Shown in pieces: positions 53,367 to 62,400 of a DNA stretch of 64,000 bases; the stretch's first letter is position 1; every line of letters begins with the position of its first letter. Made by a program: the position numbers and the translations under genes. The notes below the pieces were generated by a model that saw only the letters and a list, made by a program, of their open reading frames with translations, was not told where the DNA came from and did no database searches. Origin of the DNA: Bryobacterales bacterium (GTDB taxonomy: Bacteria; Acidobacteriota; Terriglobia; Bryobacterales; UBA6623); the NCBI GenBank assembly GCA_965226215.1, contig CBDDCH010000002.1, positions 1,342,282 through 1,406,281 on the forward strand, given 5' to 3'.

Positions 53367-54644
53367 CTAGATCAACCCAATTTCGCACCGTAGCGCCGTT
53401 GACAGCAACAGATCCTCTTGGTCTCTGCCGGCGGCGAGTTGCATTCCCAGCGGCAGCCCGTCTCGGCTGAGAGCGAACGGCAGCGACACTGCGGGAACGC
53501 CGAGAGCGGTAAAGGGCGCGTTGCAACAAGGATCGCCGGTCGAAGCCAATCCCTCTGGAGCCGGACCCGGCGCTGCGGGCGTTACCCAGACCGGAAATTT
53601 CCGTGTCAGCGCGGCAAAATCCGCGCGAGCCCGAACCAGCGCTTCGAGCGACGATTCGTACTCGCCGCGCGTCGTCTTACGGCCTTCGGCGAGCAGCTCG
53701 AAAAGCTTGGCGCCGATTTCCGGCCCGTGCTGTTCGAACCTCTCGCGGTGCACCTGGGCGGCTTCGAATCTCATGACGCACTTCGCCGCCCGGGGCAGCT
53801 CGTTGAAGCTTTCAGGCAGCGAAACCGGGTCCACGGCGAAGCCGGCGGTGCGAAGACGTTCCAGGGCTTGGCCGAAAGCGCTTTGCATTTCGGGCTCCAG
53901 GCCGGCGTCAATCGGCCAAGGTGGAGCTGCCAGCCGATCCGCGGCCGGTCTCGTCCCAGCAGCCTCACCCATGGCGCGCCACAGGAACGCCATGTCGTCG
54001 ACCGTCGAGGTGAACAGCCCGACCTGGTCAAGGGTGGGGGCGAAGGGCAGGACACCTCCTGTCGGCAGTTGCCCAAAGGAAGGCTTGAGCCCCACAACTC
54101 CGCAAAACGATGCCGGGCGAATGACCGACCCTTGTGTTTGGCTCCCCAATGCGAACGGAATCATACTCTCGGCCACCGCCGCGGCCGAGCCGCTCGACGA
54201 ACCACCCGGCGTGTGCTCTGCATTGTGGGGATTCCTGGTCGGTCCGGGGTCAAAGTAAGCAAACGCCGTGGTATGCGTCTTGCCGAGAACGATGGCTCCC
54301 GCTTCTCGAAGCTGAGCCACCAGGGCCGCGTCTTTTGCGGGGACCCGCCCTCGATAGAGCGCTGATCCCCATTCGGTCGCCAGGCCGGCAGTGTCAAAAA
54401 TGTCCTTGACGCCAAAAGGGATGCCGTGTAGATCGCCGCGGGGTGGGCCGGTCTTGAGTTCGTCGGTGAGGCGGCTTGCTTCGCGGCGGGCGCGCTCGCT
54501 GTCGAGGTGGGCCCAAGCTTGCGTGACGTCATCTCTTTCTTCGATGCGCGCCAGACAGTATTCAACAACTTCGTTTGGGGTCGTCCGGCCGTCGCGAACT
54601 TGACGGCTTAGCTCCCGCAATGGGGCTAGAGTTCGAGCGCCCAT
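53367..54644 (-). CDS. Amidase-signature family amidase
   Basis: 425 aa with GIPFGVKDIFDTAG and GGSSSGSAAAVA (amidase signature with the Ser-cisSer-Lys context). Confidence 0.8.
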   Translation of the reverse strand: MGARTLAPLRELSRQVRDGRTTPNEVVEYCLARIEERDDVTQAWAHLDSERARREASRLTDELKTGPPRGDLHGIPFGVKDIFDTAGLATEWGSALYRGRVPAKDAALVAQLREAGAIVLGKTHTTAFAYFDPGPTRNPHNAEHTPGGSSSGSAAAVAESMIPFALGSQTQGSVIRPASFCGVVGLKPSFGQLPTGGVLPFAPTLDQVGLFTSTVDDMAFLWRAMGEAAGTRPAADRLAAPPWPIDAGLEPEMQSAFGQALERLRTAGFAVDPVSLPESFNELPRAAKCVMRFEAAQVHRERFEQHGPEIGAKLFELLAEGRKTTRGEYESSLEALVRARADFAALTRKFPVWVTPAAPGPAPEGLASTGDPCCNAPFTALGVPAVSLPFALSRDGLPLGMQLAAGRDQEDLLLSTALRCEIGLI

Positions 54645-54700
54645 CTCAGGGACTCATTGTAGGAACAAAGCCAGGCCGCCGCGGTTGCCCATGCACGCCG

Positions 54701-55735
54701 TCATGGGACTAGCGACTCGGCAGCGGCTCCTGTGGCGGTTCGCCGAGAAACCCGCTGATTCGGGGATCCACTCTCCAGCTCTTCGATTGCTAACCTGACC
54801 TTGCCCGTAATGGCGGAATCGGGATGGCGCGCCAGGAACTCGCGTAACTCAGCAATCGCTTCTTCTGATCTTCCCTGGATCGCGTACGCTTGGGCCAACA
54901 CGAGCTGAGGATTCGTAAAGTGCGATGGGTCGAGGCTTTTCGCCTTCAACAGGTGCCGCTCAGCCTCCTGGTACTTGCGAAGAAAGAAGTAGTTCACTCC
55001 GGCTTGTGCGTTTGCTAGGGCGTCGTCCGGGCGCATCTCGACGGCCGCCGTATTGTAGGGGAGGGCTTCGCTATGGCGACCCAAGGCCAGCAGCGTAGCA
55101 CCAAGGTTGACGGTAGGAGCGTGGGCCTCGGGGTCCTCTCCCCAGGCCCGACGAAAGTACTCCTCGGCCTTTCCGAACTGCCTTTCCCGATACGCGATCT
55201 TGCCCAGAAAATTCCAGGCGATCATGAACTGCGGGGAAATCTCGACTGCCTTTTCCAAGTGGGCGACTGCAGCGTCGACATTGTCTTTTGAAAGCTTGCG
55301 GCGTGCCTTGCGCAATTCATTCCAGGCCTTCGAAGAGATGCTCAATTGCTTGGCGGAAACAAGCGTCCGCCGCCGCAGCATGCGCTTGCGCCCCTCCTCG
55401 GAGCGGCGGAAGGGCACGGAGACGTCGATACGGCCTTGCTCATCAGCGAAGCTGCCCGTGACTTCGATGGTGCGGCGCGTCTCCCCCCAATAGGGATGGA
55501 AAAGCGTGAGGGCATAGGTCCCTGGTTTGAGCTTCTTGAATTTAAACCGGCCCTTGTAATTGCTGATCGCGCGGTCGGCGAACGAACCGTCGTGGGAAGT
55601 CAGGAAGACAAGCGTCCGCAAGGGCGGAAGGATCTGCCCCCGCAGCTTGAAGGCACGCTCCTTGGCTGTTGCGGAGGCGCCAAGTAACAGGGCGAGAAAG
55701 GTTACTTGTAGCCAGAGTCGAGCCACTGTTGGCAT
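54701..55735 (-). CDS. Secreted TPR-repeat protein with an N-terminal CarboxypepD_reg-like domain
   Basis: Signal peptide LWLQVTFLALLLGASATA; LRGQILP...KLKPGTYALTLFHP; several TPR-like units (AWNFLGKIAYRERQFGKAEEYFRRA...). Confidence 0.65.
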   Translation of the reverse strand: MPTVARLWLQVTFLALLLGASATAKERAFKLRGQILPPLRTLVFLTSHDGSFADRAISNYKGRFKFKKLKPGTYALTLFHPYWGETRRTIEVTGSFADEQGRIDVSVPFRRSEEGRKRMLRRRTLVSAKQLSISSKAWNELRKARRKLSKDNVDAAVAHLEKAVEISPQFMIAWNFLGKIAYRERQFGKAEEYFRRAWGEDPEAHAPTVNLGATLLALGRHSEALPYNTAAVEMRPDDALANAQAGVNYFFLRKYQEAERHLLKAKSLDPSHFTNPQLVLAQAYAIQGRSEEAIAELREFLARHPDSAITGKVRLAIEELESGSPNQRVSRRTATGAAAESLVP

Positions 55736-55850
55736 TGTAGCGCTCCGCCAACGGGCCGGTTACCGCGCCCCCTTATTTCTTCGCCCTTCTAGTATTTTTC
55801 GTTACTCTCGACTTGGCCAAAGACGCGGCGACGAGCCTCGTCGGCGAGGG

Positions 55851-56447
55851 CTATTTCCTGCAGTTGAAAACGTAGGCCGGGGGGATGTTTCGCCAGATCG
55901 TACGCGATTGGACAGTTCGAAAATACTGGCGCAGCAGATCGCCAACATCGTAATAGCGCAGGCGCCTTTCGTGTAGGTGCATCCGATGGACGTATTGAAA
56001 CTGAGTGAAGACGCTTTGCTCGCCGAGAAAAGGCATCAGCCCACTGAGGATCGTGTGCTGCCGCGAGTCGGGCATGAAACCAAGTCCCAGCGAGGAGACC
56101 ACGGCGTCAACGTGCTCCCAACCTCGGTCACGCAACGCTTCGGGGGCTGCTTCGGCTCCGGCGTGGACGATTTCCAGCCGGGGGTCCTCCAAGCTCTGAT
56201 GGAGGTACTCGACAAAGCGCGGGCTGACTTCAAACGCCAACACTTGCGCGTCCCGTGGGACTAGCCCAAGCAGCTCACGGGTCATCACGCCCGTACCGGG
56301 ACCGAGCTCGATGACGAATTTCGCGTCGCGTAGAGGAAGCGGCTCAACCATCGCCTGCGTCAGCATTCGGGAGCTGGGAACGACCGCCGCCGTCGACTGA
56401 AAGTCAGCGAGAACTTGCGTGGCAAAGGTGGTGAGGCTCAAACTCAT
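55851..56447 (-). CDS. Class I SAM-dependent methyltransferase (RrnaAD/phospholipid N-methyltransferase-like)
   Basis: The ATG at 56447 gives MSLSLTTFATQVLADFQSTAAVVPSS..., with VIELGPGTGVMTRELL (motif I). The longer tracked ORF reaching 56669 is not supported by composition. Confidence 0.65.
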   Translation of the reverse strand: MSLSLTTFATQVLADFQSTAAVVPSSRMLTQAMVEPLPLRDAKFVIELGPGTGVMTRELLGLVPRDAQVLAFEVSPRFVEYLHQSLEDPRLEIVHAGAEAAPEALRDRGWEHVDAVVSSLGLGFMPDSRQHTILSGLMPFLGEQSVFTQFQYVHRMHLHERRLRYYDVGDLLRQYFRTVQSRTIWRNIPPAYVFNCRK

Positions 56448-56719
56448 TCCCCGGTCGGACGAGGCGCACGCTAAAACGGGAGGTAAGCGAATGAAACGAC
56501 GATCATAACACACAAGAAGATGCCGACCCTTGCGGAGCCTGAGGGACGCGCTTGGAGGACGTAAGCATCTGTTTCCGACTAGTAAGCTGTCCCAGACAAC
56601 ACTTTCTGGTCGTCCTGGCGAAGTGGCGCACGCTTTCAGCGTGCTGTGCCGGGCTTTCGAGCCCGACATTTCCGAATCTATAGTGAACTCGTCTTAACTC
56701 GTCTCTAGGAAACAGTCCA

Positions 56720-57989
56720 CTAGTCTCGCTCTAAGTCACCCGTTATCAGACGAGCTGGGCGTTTCAACGTGAAATAGGACCACGCCCAGTTCAACATCAC
56801 GACAAGGCGGCTACGAAAACCGATCAGGTAAAGAATGTGGACCAACAGCCAGACCACCCATGCAAAGAAGCCGGAGATCCGCAGCCCACCGAGATCGGCC
56901 ACGGCGGCTTTCCTCCCAATGGTGGCCAGATTACCCTTGTCCCTGTAGTGGAAGGGATCACTGCTCCGGCCCGCGACGGCTTTGAGAATGTTCTTCGCGG
57001 CATGCTTTCCCTGCTGCATCGCTACGGGCGCGATTCCCGGCAACGGCGCTCCTGTCTGGTGGAGGAATGCAGCAAGGTCTCCTATGACGAACGCCTCCTT
57101 ATAGCCGGGCACGCTTAAATCAGGCTCGACGAGCACCCGCTCGGCACGGTCCAAGGGGATACCCAGCGAGCGGCCGAGTGAGGACGATTGAACACCGGCG
57201 GCCCACAAGGTCGTGGCTGTGGGAACTATTTGGTCTCCTAGTTGTACCTCGTCCTCGGTGATGCCGCTGACCGCTGAACCCTTCATCACCTTGACACCAA
57301 GCGCCCGGAGCGAAGCTTCGGCTCGAGTGGAGAGTTCTTCGGGAAATCCCGGGAGAATGCGAGGGCCGGCTTCCACCAAGATCACTCGTGCCTTGCGAGG
57401 ATCGATGGAGCGAAAGTCCCCGACCATGACATGGCAGGCAATCTCGGCGATGGCTCCGGCCAATTCCACACCGGTAGGGCCGCCTCCGATGACGACAAAA
57501 GTAAGCAGCCGTCGTCGCTCGTTCTCATCCGTCTCACGCTCGGCGCGTTCAAATGCCAGCAGGATGCGCCGGCGAATCTCCAGGGCGTCCTCTAGGCTCT
57601 TGAGACCAGGCGCCCGCCGGCTCCAGTCGTCGTGCCCAAAGTACGCGTAGCGCGAGCCCGTTGCCAGGATCAAGAAATCATAGTTCAGCTCGCCGCTCCG
57701 CAATATCACCTTGCGGGTTGCCGGATCGATCGATCGCAACAGCTTCATCCAGCAGGACGCGTGTGTTGCGGTGCTTCCGCAATACCGATCGAATCGGGTA
57801 GGTAATGTCACCCGGCGATAGAGCCGCGGCGGCGACCTGATAAAGCAACGGCTGAAACAGGTGATGATTGCGGCGGTCCACGACCGTCACGCGAACATTG
57901 CCTCGCCGCAGGGCCTTGGCCGCGTACAGTCCGCCGAAGCCGGCCCCGACAATCACCACGTGGGGTTTGCGATCATGGGTTGCGGGCAT
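56720..57989 (-). pseudogene. ndh: Type II NADH dehydrogenase (NDH-2) split by a 4-nt frameshift in an (ATCG)3 run
   Basis: The N-terminal ORF (57678-57989) has HVVIVGAGFGGLYAAKAL...FQPLLYQVA. The C-terminal ORF (56720-57811) has the second GGGPTGVELAG dinucleotide fold. The two frames meet at ATCGATCGATCG 57725-57736. Removing one ATCG gives ...LLDEAVAIDPATRKVILRSGELNYD.... Confidence 0.8.
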
Positions 57990-58043
57990 GAGGGGGGGCG
58001 GAAGGTGTGAAAAAATCGGGGGCTGTTACACGCAGCGTCCTAC

Positions 58044-58145
58044 TGAGTCTCGCGAATTATGGTGACATGACCCATGTTCAGATTGTAGGGGCACGGCATG
58101 CCGTGCCCGTTTTCCAAGGTCACTGTATTTTGCGAGCTTCAATAG
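58044..58145. repeat. 102-bp MITE/REP-like element, family C, copy 2
   Basis: Collinear with 36605-36706. The central hairpin GGGGCACGGCATGCCGTGCCC differs from copy 1 (GGGGCACAGCATGCTGTGCCC) by a compensatory pair. Confidence 0.75.
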
Positions 58146-58269
58146 AAAGCACGTAGAATCAATGACATCTTCAGCCGCGCTTGACTGTCCCAAGCATTTT
58201 TTCACTCCTTCCTGCTCCTAAGAAGAGCTTGGGAGCGGGTCTCGACATCGGCTCTTGCAACTGCAACTA

Positions 58270-58830
58270 ATGATACTCACTGACGAGGATCGCGAAAAGC
58301 TCAAGTCGCTGCTGAAGACTCATTCCGTGATGCGGGGCGATTTCGTGTTGGCGTCCGGCAAACGAAGCAACCTCTATGTGGACGCGAAGTTGACGACGCT
58401 GCGGGCCAACGCTCTCCCACTCGTGGGTCGGGCGCTGCTGGCCAAGATCCAAGAACGAGGCTGGAATCCCTACGCGGTGGGCGGACTGACGATGGGCGCC
58501 GATCCGCTCGTCACGGCGATTTCCCGCGAAGGCCTTGAATATGGATTCGTGATCCACTCTTTCTTAGTTCGTAAAGAGCCCAAAAAACACGGCCGCCAGC
58601 GGTTTCTCGAAGGCCTGGCGGACACGGACGGCCACCAAGTCGTCATCGTCGAGGACGTTTGCACCACCGGCGGCTCGGCCATCAAAGCCATCGAGCACTC
58701 ACGCGACGCCGGACTGGACGTCATCGGCGCCGTTTCCATCGTTGACCGCGAACAAGGCGGCCGGGAAGCGATCGAGGGCGAGCACGGCTGCCCCTTCGAC
58801 CGGGTGTTCACGATGAAAGAGCTGCTGTAG
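58270..58830 (+). CDS. pyrE: Orotate phosphoribosyltransferase
   Basis: GDFVLASGKRSNLYVDAKL and the PRPP loop VVIVEDVCTTGGSA. The ATG at 58270 is preferred to the TTG at 58255. Confidence 0.85.
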   Translation: MILTDEDREKLKSLLKTHSVMRGDFVLASGKRSNLYVDAKLTTLRANALPLVGRALLAKIQERGWNPYAVGGLTMGADPLVTAISREGLEYGFVIHSFLVRKEPKKHGRQRFLEGLADTDGHQVVIVEDVCTTGGSAIKAIEHSRDAGLDVIGAVSIVDREQGGREAIEGEHGCPFDRVFTMKELL

Positions 58831-59132
58831 GATGCCCCTGGCACGACAGCCCCCACCTCAGCCGCCCCTGGGCGACGGGCTGCGACTCAGTCACCTATCA
58901 GCCATGCTCGAAGTCGCTTCGGGGCATGGGGTGGGGGCCAGCCGTCCGCCCAGCGGACGGCCTTCTTCTCCACCGACCAACACCAAAACCGACCCCCGTC
59001 CCGCAGCAGCGTCACAACACTCCCAATCCCAAAGAATCAATAACATGCCTCCTCTCGGACCCCGAAAGACTTGACTTCGTGGCTTAGAATGGAGGTAGAA
59101 AAGGGGTGGTGGGCCTAGGGGGGGGGAGAATT

Positions 59133-59180
59133 TTAGCGGGAATCCGCTCAGATCCGCTCAAATCCGCTCAAATCCGCTAA
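59133..59180. repeat. Four phased 10-bp direct repeats (A/G)ATCCGCT(C/A)A preceded by one inverted half-site TTAGCGG
   Basis: AATCCGCTCA GATCCGCTCA AATCCGCTCA AATCCGCTAA occupies 59141-59180. TTAGCGG at 59133-59139 is the inverse of the terminal CCGCTAA. Confidence 0.8.
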
Positions 59181-59228
59181 GTAGCAGGCATCGCGGCAAT
59201 GCACCGTCACAAGTTCGTGCAGATTTTT

Positions 59229-59248
59229 GGCGCGGAAGCCGCGTTTTT
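59229..59248 (+). terminator. Candidate intrinsic terminator (GC hairpin plus T5) with no annotated upstream gene
   Basis: CGCGG-AAG-CCGCG is followed by TTTTT; G-U pairs could extend the stem. The stem is short and the loop is only 3 nt, so this is tentative. Confidence 0.35.
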
Positions 59249-59442
59249 CTAACCCCACGCTTTCGTATCGCTGCGGCCTTCAAACCAGGGGGGGGAATGG
59301 AGCTGCCGCAAGGGTGCGGTTGAGGCCTCGTGAACGCACCGGGTTTGTCGCATCGACGAGGTCATTCGTAGCCTTGAGCGCAGCCTCTCGGCTGTGGCGC
59401 GGGCCTCCGGCCCGCTGGGTCGACCTCAGGTCGGCCACCAGC

Positions 59443-60996
59443 CTAATGCCGAAAGTGCCGCACGCCGGTGAACACCATCGCCAGGCCCAGGCGGTTGGCG
59501 GTATCGATGACTTCCTGATCGCGGCGCGAGCCACCGGGCTGTATGACGGCGGTGACGCCGTGGCGGGCGACCTCTTCCACACCGTCGGGGAAGGAAAAAA
59601 AGGCGTCCGAACCGACGACCGTTCCCTTGAGCGGCAGCAGGGCGTTCGATGCTCCGATACGGGCCGCATCCACACGGCTCATCTGGCCGGCCCCGACGCC
59701 GGCGGTCTGACCGGGCCGGGCGTACACGATTGCGTTTGACTTGACGTGCTTAACGACTTTCCAGGCAAACTCGAGGGCTTTCCCCTCGTCATCAGTCGGT
59801 GGGCGCTCGGTGACGACCTTCCGTTCTTCGTCCTCAGGGGTTGGGTCGTCTAGGGTTTGAGCGAGAAAGCCCCCGGAGACGCTCTGCACCGCCAGGTCTA
59901 ATCCGGTTCCCCCTACTTCGAGCAGGCGGATGTTCTTTTTCTGAGTAAGAACCGTCAGGGCTTCGGCGGAATATCCGGGCGCAGCGACGGCCTCAACGAA
60001 TAACTCCGAGACGGCTCGGGCCGCTTCAGCGTCCACCTCTTGGTTGAACGCCAAGACAGACCCAAACGCCGAGACAGGGTCACACTCGAGCGCCTGGCGA
60101 AAGGCTTCAGCCGGGGTTTCCTGCTCCGCGCAGCCGCAGGGGTTGGTGTGCTTGATGATGGCGGCCGCTGGGCGGCTGAACTCCTGAATCAACTGCCAGG
60201 CGGCATCGAGGTCGACGATGTTATTGAACGAAAGCTCCTTTCCGTGGAGCTTCCGCGCGCCGGCAATACCGGCATCACCCGAAGCGTAAAGAGCGCCTAG
60301 CTGATGGGGGTTCTCACCATAGCGCAGGGTCAACTTTCGGGGAACTGAAACGTTCAGCGTCGGCGGAAGCGGCTCAGCCTCTTCTTCGGCGGCAACGTCA
60401 GCGGAGGGGGAAAGCCGAGGAAGGGTCGTGCTGATCGCGCGGTCGTAGGCGGCGGTCAGCTGGAACGCCTTTTGCGCCAGCCTCCAGTGCGTTTCTAGAG
60501 ATAGCTCCCCATCGCGATCTTCGAGCTCCTTGGCGATTTCTCCGTAGTCGGCCGGGTCGGTGACGACGGCGACGTCGGGAAAATTCTTTGCCGCGGCACG
60601 GATCATCGTCGGGCCGCCGATGTCGATGTTCTCGATGATTTCCTCAAAAGTCGCGTCGTCTTGACCGGCGACCTTCTCAAAGGCGTAAAGGTTTACGACG
60701 ATCATGTCGATAAGGCGTATGTGGTGTTTGGAAAGCGCCTGTATGTGTTCAGGGTTGGATCGCACAGCCAGGATTCCGCCGGCGATCGTCGGATGCAGTG
60801 TTTTTACGCGCCCATCGAGCATTTCCGGAAAGCCGGTAAGCTCAGACACTTCCTTGACGGCAAGACCGGACTCACGCAGCAGTCGCGCCGTCCCGCCCGT
60901 CGAGACCAGCTCCACGCCGCGGCCGGCCAACTGGCGCGCGAACTCGACGAGTCCCCTTTTGTCGGTGACGCTGAGAAGTGCTCGGCTGACCTTGCT
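59443..60996 (-). CDS. purH: Bifunctional AICAR transformylase / IMP cyclohydrolase PurH
   Basis: The ATG at 60996 gives [24 protein letters not shown]...[10 protein letters not shown]...GRVKTLHP, with a C-terminal ...[15 protein letters not shown]...[11 protein letters not shown]. Confidence 0.95.
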   Translation of the reverse strand, partial: SKVSRALLSVTDKRGLVEFARQLAGRGVELVSTGGTARLLRESGLAVKEVSELTGFPEMLDGRVKTLHPTIAGGILAVRSNPEHIQALSKHHIRLIDMIVVNLYAFEKVAGQDDATFEEIIENIDIGGPTMIRAAAKNFPDVAVVTDPADYGEIAKELEDRDGELSLETHWRLAQKAFQLTAAYDRAISTTLPRLSPSADVAAEEEAEPLPPTLNVSVPRKLTLRYGENPHQLGALYASGDAGIAGARKLHGKELSFNNIVDLDAAWQLIQEFSRPAAAIIKHTNPCGCAEQETPAEAFRQALECDPVSAFGSVLAFNQEVDAEAARAVSELFVEAVAAPGYSAEALTVLTQKKNIRLLEVGGTGLDLAVQSVSGGFLAQTLDDPTPEDEERKVVTERPPTDDEGKALEFAWKVVKHVKSNAIVYARPGQTAGVGAGQMSRVDAARIGASNALLPLKGTVVGSDAFFSFPDGVEEVARHGVTAVIQPGGSRRDQEVIDTANRLGLAMVFTGVRHFRH

Positions 60997-61259
60997 CATT
61001 CGGAGAGGAAGCTGCGGGGAAAAGTGATTCTCCCACTCCTTGCCGGCTCTTGGCAAATAGGCCGCATTTTTTGGCGTAATTTCGGCGTAAGCGCGCGATT
61101 ATCATTGACGCCGATGGAGGTTCTGTCTCAAAATGAGATGAGGACTCCCGGTCACGCGTTGGGGCGAACTCTCAGCCGACCTAAGGTGAGTGATCAAAAC
61201 CTAATAAACGTCCTGGATCGCGTCTCGGAGCCTGCTCATTCCAATTCGGGGAGGGCGGC

Positions 61260-61703
61260 ATGAAAACCGAAGCGATGGCCTTGGTGGTCATGAACCAGGA
61301 GCGCCGCCTGCCGCTTCTTGCGAATCTCAAAAAACTGAATTTGGACGTCCTGACGGTGGCCAACTGTCAGGAGGCGCGAGCCCTGCTTGCCACCCGTCCG
61401 CCTGTCGAGGTGATCATCACGGACGTAACCTTGCCGGACGGAAACTGGTGTGACATTTTCAAATACTTGGCGGACTACAATGTCCAGGCCAGCGTAGTTG
61501 TGAGCTCGGCGCTCGCAGACGAGAACCTGTGGTCTGAGATCCTGTGGCGAGGCGCGTACGACCTGTTGGTTGAGCCGTACGAAGACCGTGAGCTGCGCCG
61601 GGTTGTCGAGGGCGCTTTGCGAGCGGCTAAGGCTCGTCGCGCCGCGACCCGGCGCCGGCAGTGGGCAGCCGCCGGGGGCGGGGCCTGGACAAGCTCAGCG
61701 TAA
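61260..61703 (+). CDS. Stand-alone atypical receiver (CheY-like) domain protein
   Basis: 147 aa with a beta-alpha pattern. The phospho-acceptor-like Asp is in VIITDVTLPDGN and Ser is in VVVSS. However, the N-terminal acidic pair is NQ/E and the conserved Lys position reads LLVEPY. Confidence 0.55.
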   Translation: MKTEAMALVVMNQERRLPLLANLKKLNLDVLTVANCQEARALLATRPPVEVIITDVTLPDGNWCDIFKYLADYNVQASVVVSSALADENLWSEILWRGAYDLLVEPYEDRELRRVVEGALRAAKARRAATRRRQWAAAGGGAWTSSA

Positions 61704-61912
61704 ACCCCAGGCTGTGCCGCGTAGGTCTTCGGAGACCTGAATTCCTGCCAGTAGAAGCTGTTAGCTGAGCCGGCTTCTCTGCTGCCGGCAAGCAGCGGCG
61801 AGTATACCACCATCCAACATTCTTGGTGCACCGCGAGGGCGCCCTCACGCTATGCTTTACCCTTGAGCCGGGAGCAAGTGCGCCAAGAGCGATTCACCCT
61901 CGGGAAGCCTGT

Positions 61913-62394
61913 CTAGTGCTTGGTTGCATGAATTCACGATAGATTATCGGCCGACATTTCCTGGACCGCTCCCTCACGGGCCTGTGAAAAAACCTCTTCC
62001 ATTGGGAAACCAAAAGGGATTTTGTGAACTTACCGCTCGCTCACGCGCACGGCTCCGCAACCATCGGTTTCCGTCTGCCGGCGCCACGACCGTTACGGTC
62101 GCGGCTCGGAAGACTCTGGTGATGGTCGCACTCGTCCTCAGGCTCGAGGCGGCGACCTCTGCTCGCCGTGGACAAGCGAGATCGCTTGTCCCTACTTTGA
62201 GTCGTCACAAGCTGTGGCAGTAGGGACCGGCGGGATCGCCGGTCCACAGCGCCCAGAGGTCCGCCGCTGGAACGGCATGGCCCGACATGTCGCCCCCTGG
62301 AGACCGCCTGTTCGCCACCTTCTGTCTCCTTTGCGCCAGCCAATCTCAGGGAGCAGTCCGAGGATCCGTGGTCGCTAAGTAAACGGTATTGGGG
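61913..62394. repeat. Mosaic of interspersed repeats (family A left end, family D core, family B right end)
   Basis: It starts CTAGTGCTTGGTTGCATGAATTCACG (family A TIR). It contains ..GGTCGCGGCTCGGAAG.., then the family D double hairpin (62169-62246). It ends ..CAGGGAGCA.T.CGAG.ATCCGT.G.CGCTAAGTAAACGGTATTGGGG (family B end). Confidence 0.65.
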
Positions 62395-62400
62395 TCAAGG

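Noticed and set aside
53418-54365. 315-aa plus-strand ORF opposite the amidase gene, and similar antisense ORFs opposite trkA, trkH, slt and purH
   Set aside because: No motifs and Arg/Pro/Ser-rich composition. The opposite-strand genes have unambiguous family signatures.
59141-59180. The 10-bp repeat array as a CRISPR array
   Set aside because: The repeats are contiguous with no spacers, only 10 bp long, and no cas genes are present. No CRISPR-like array exists anywhere in the window.
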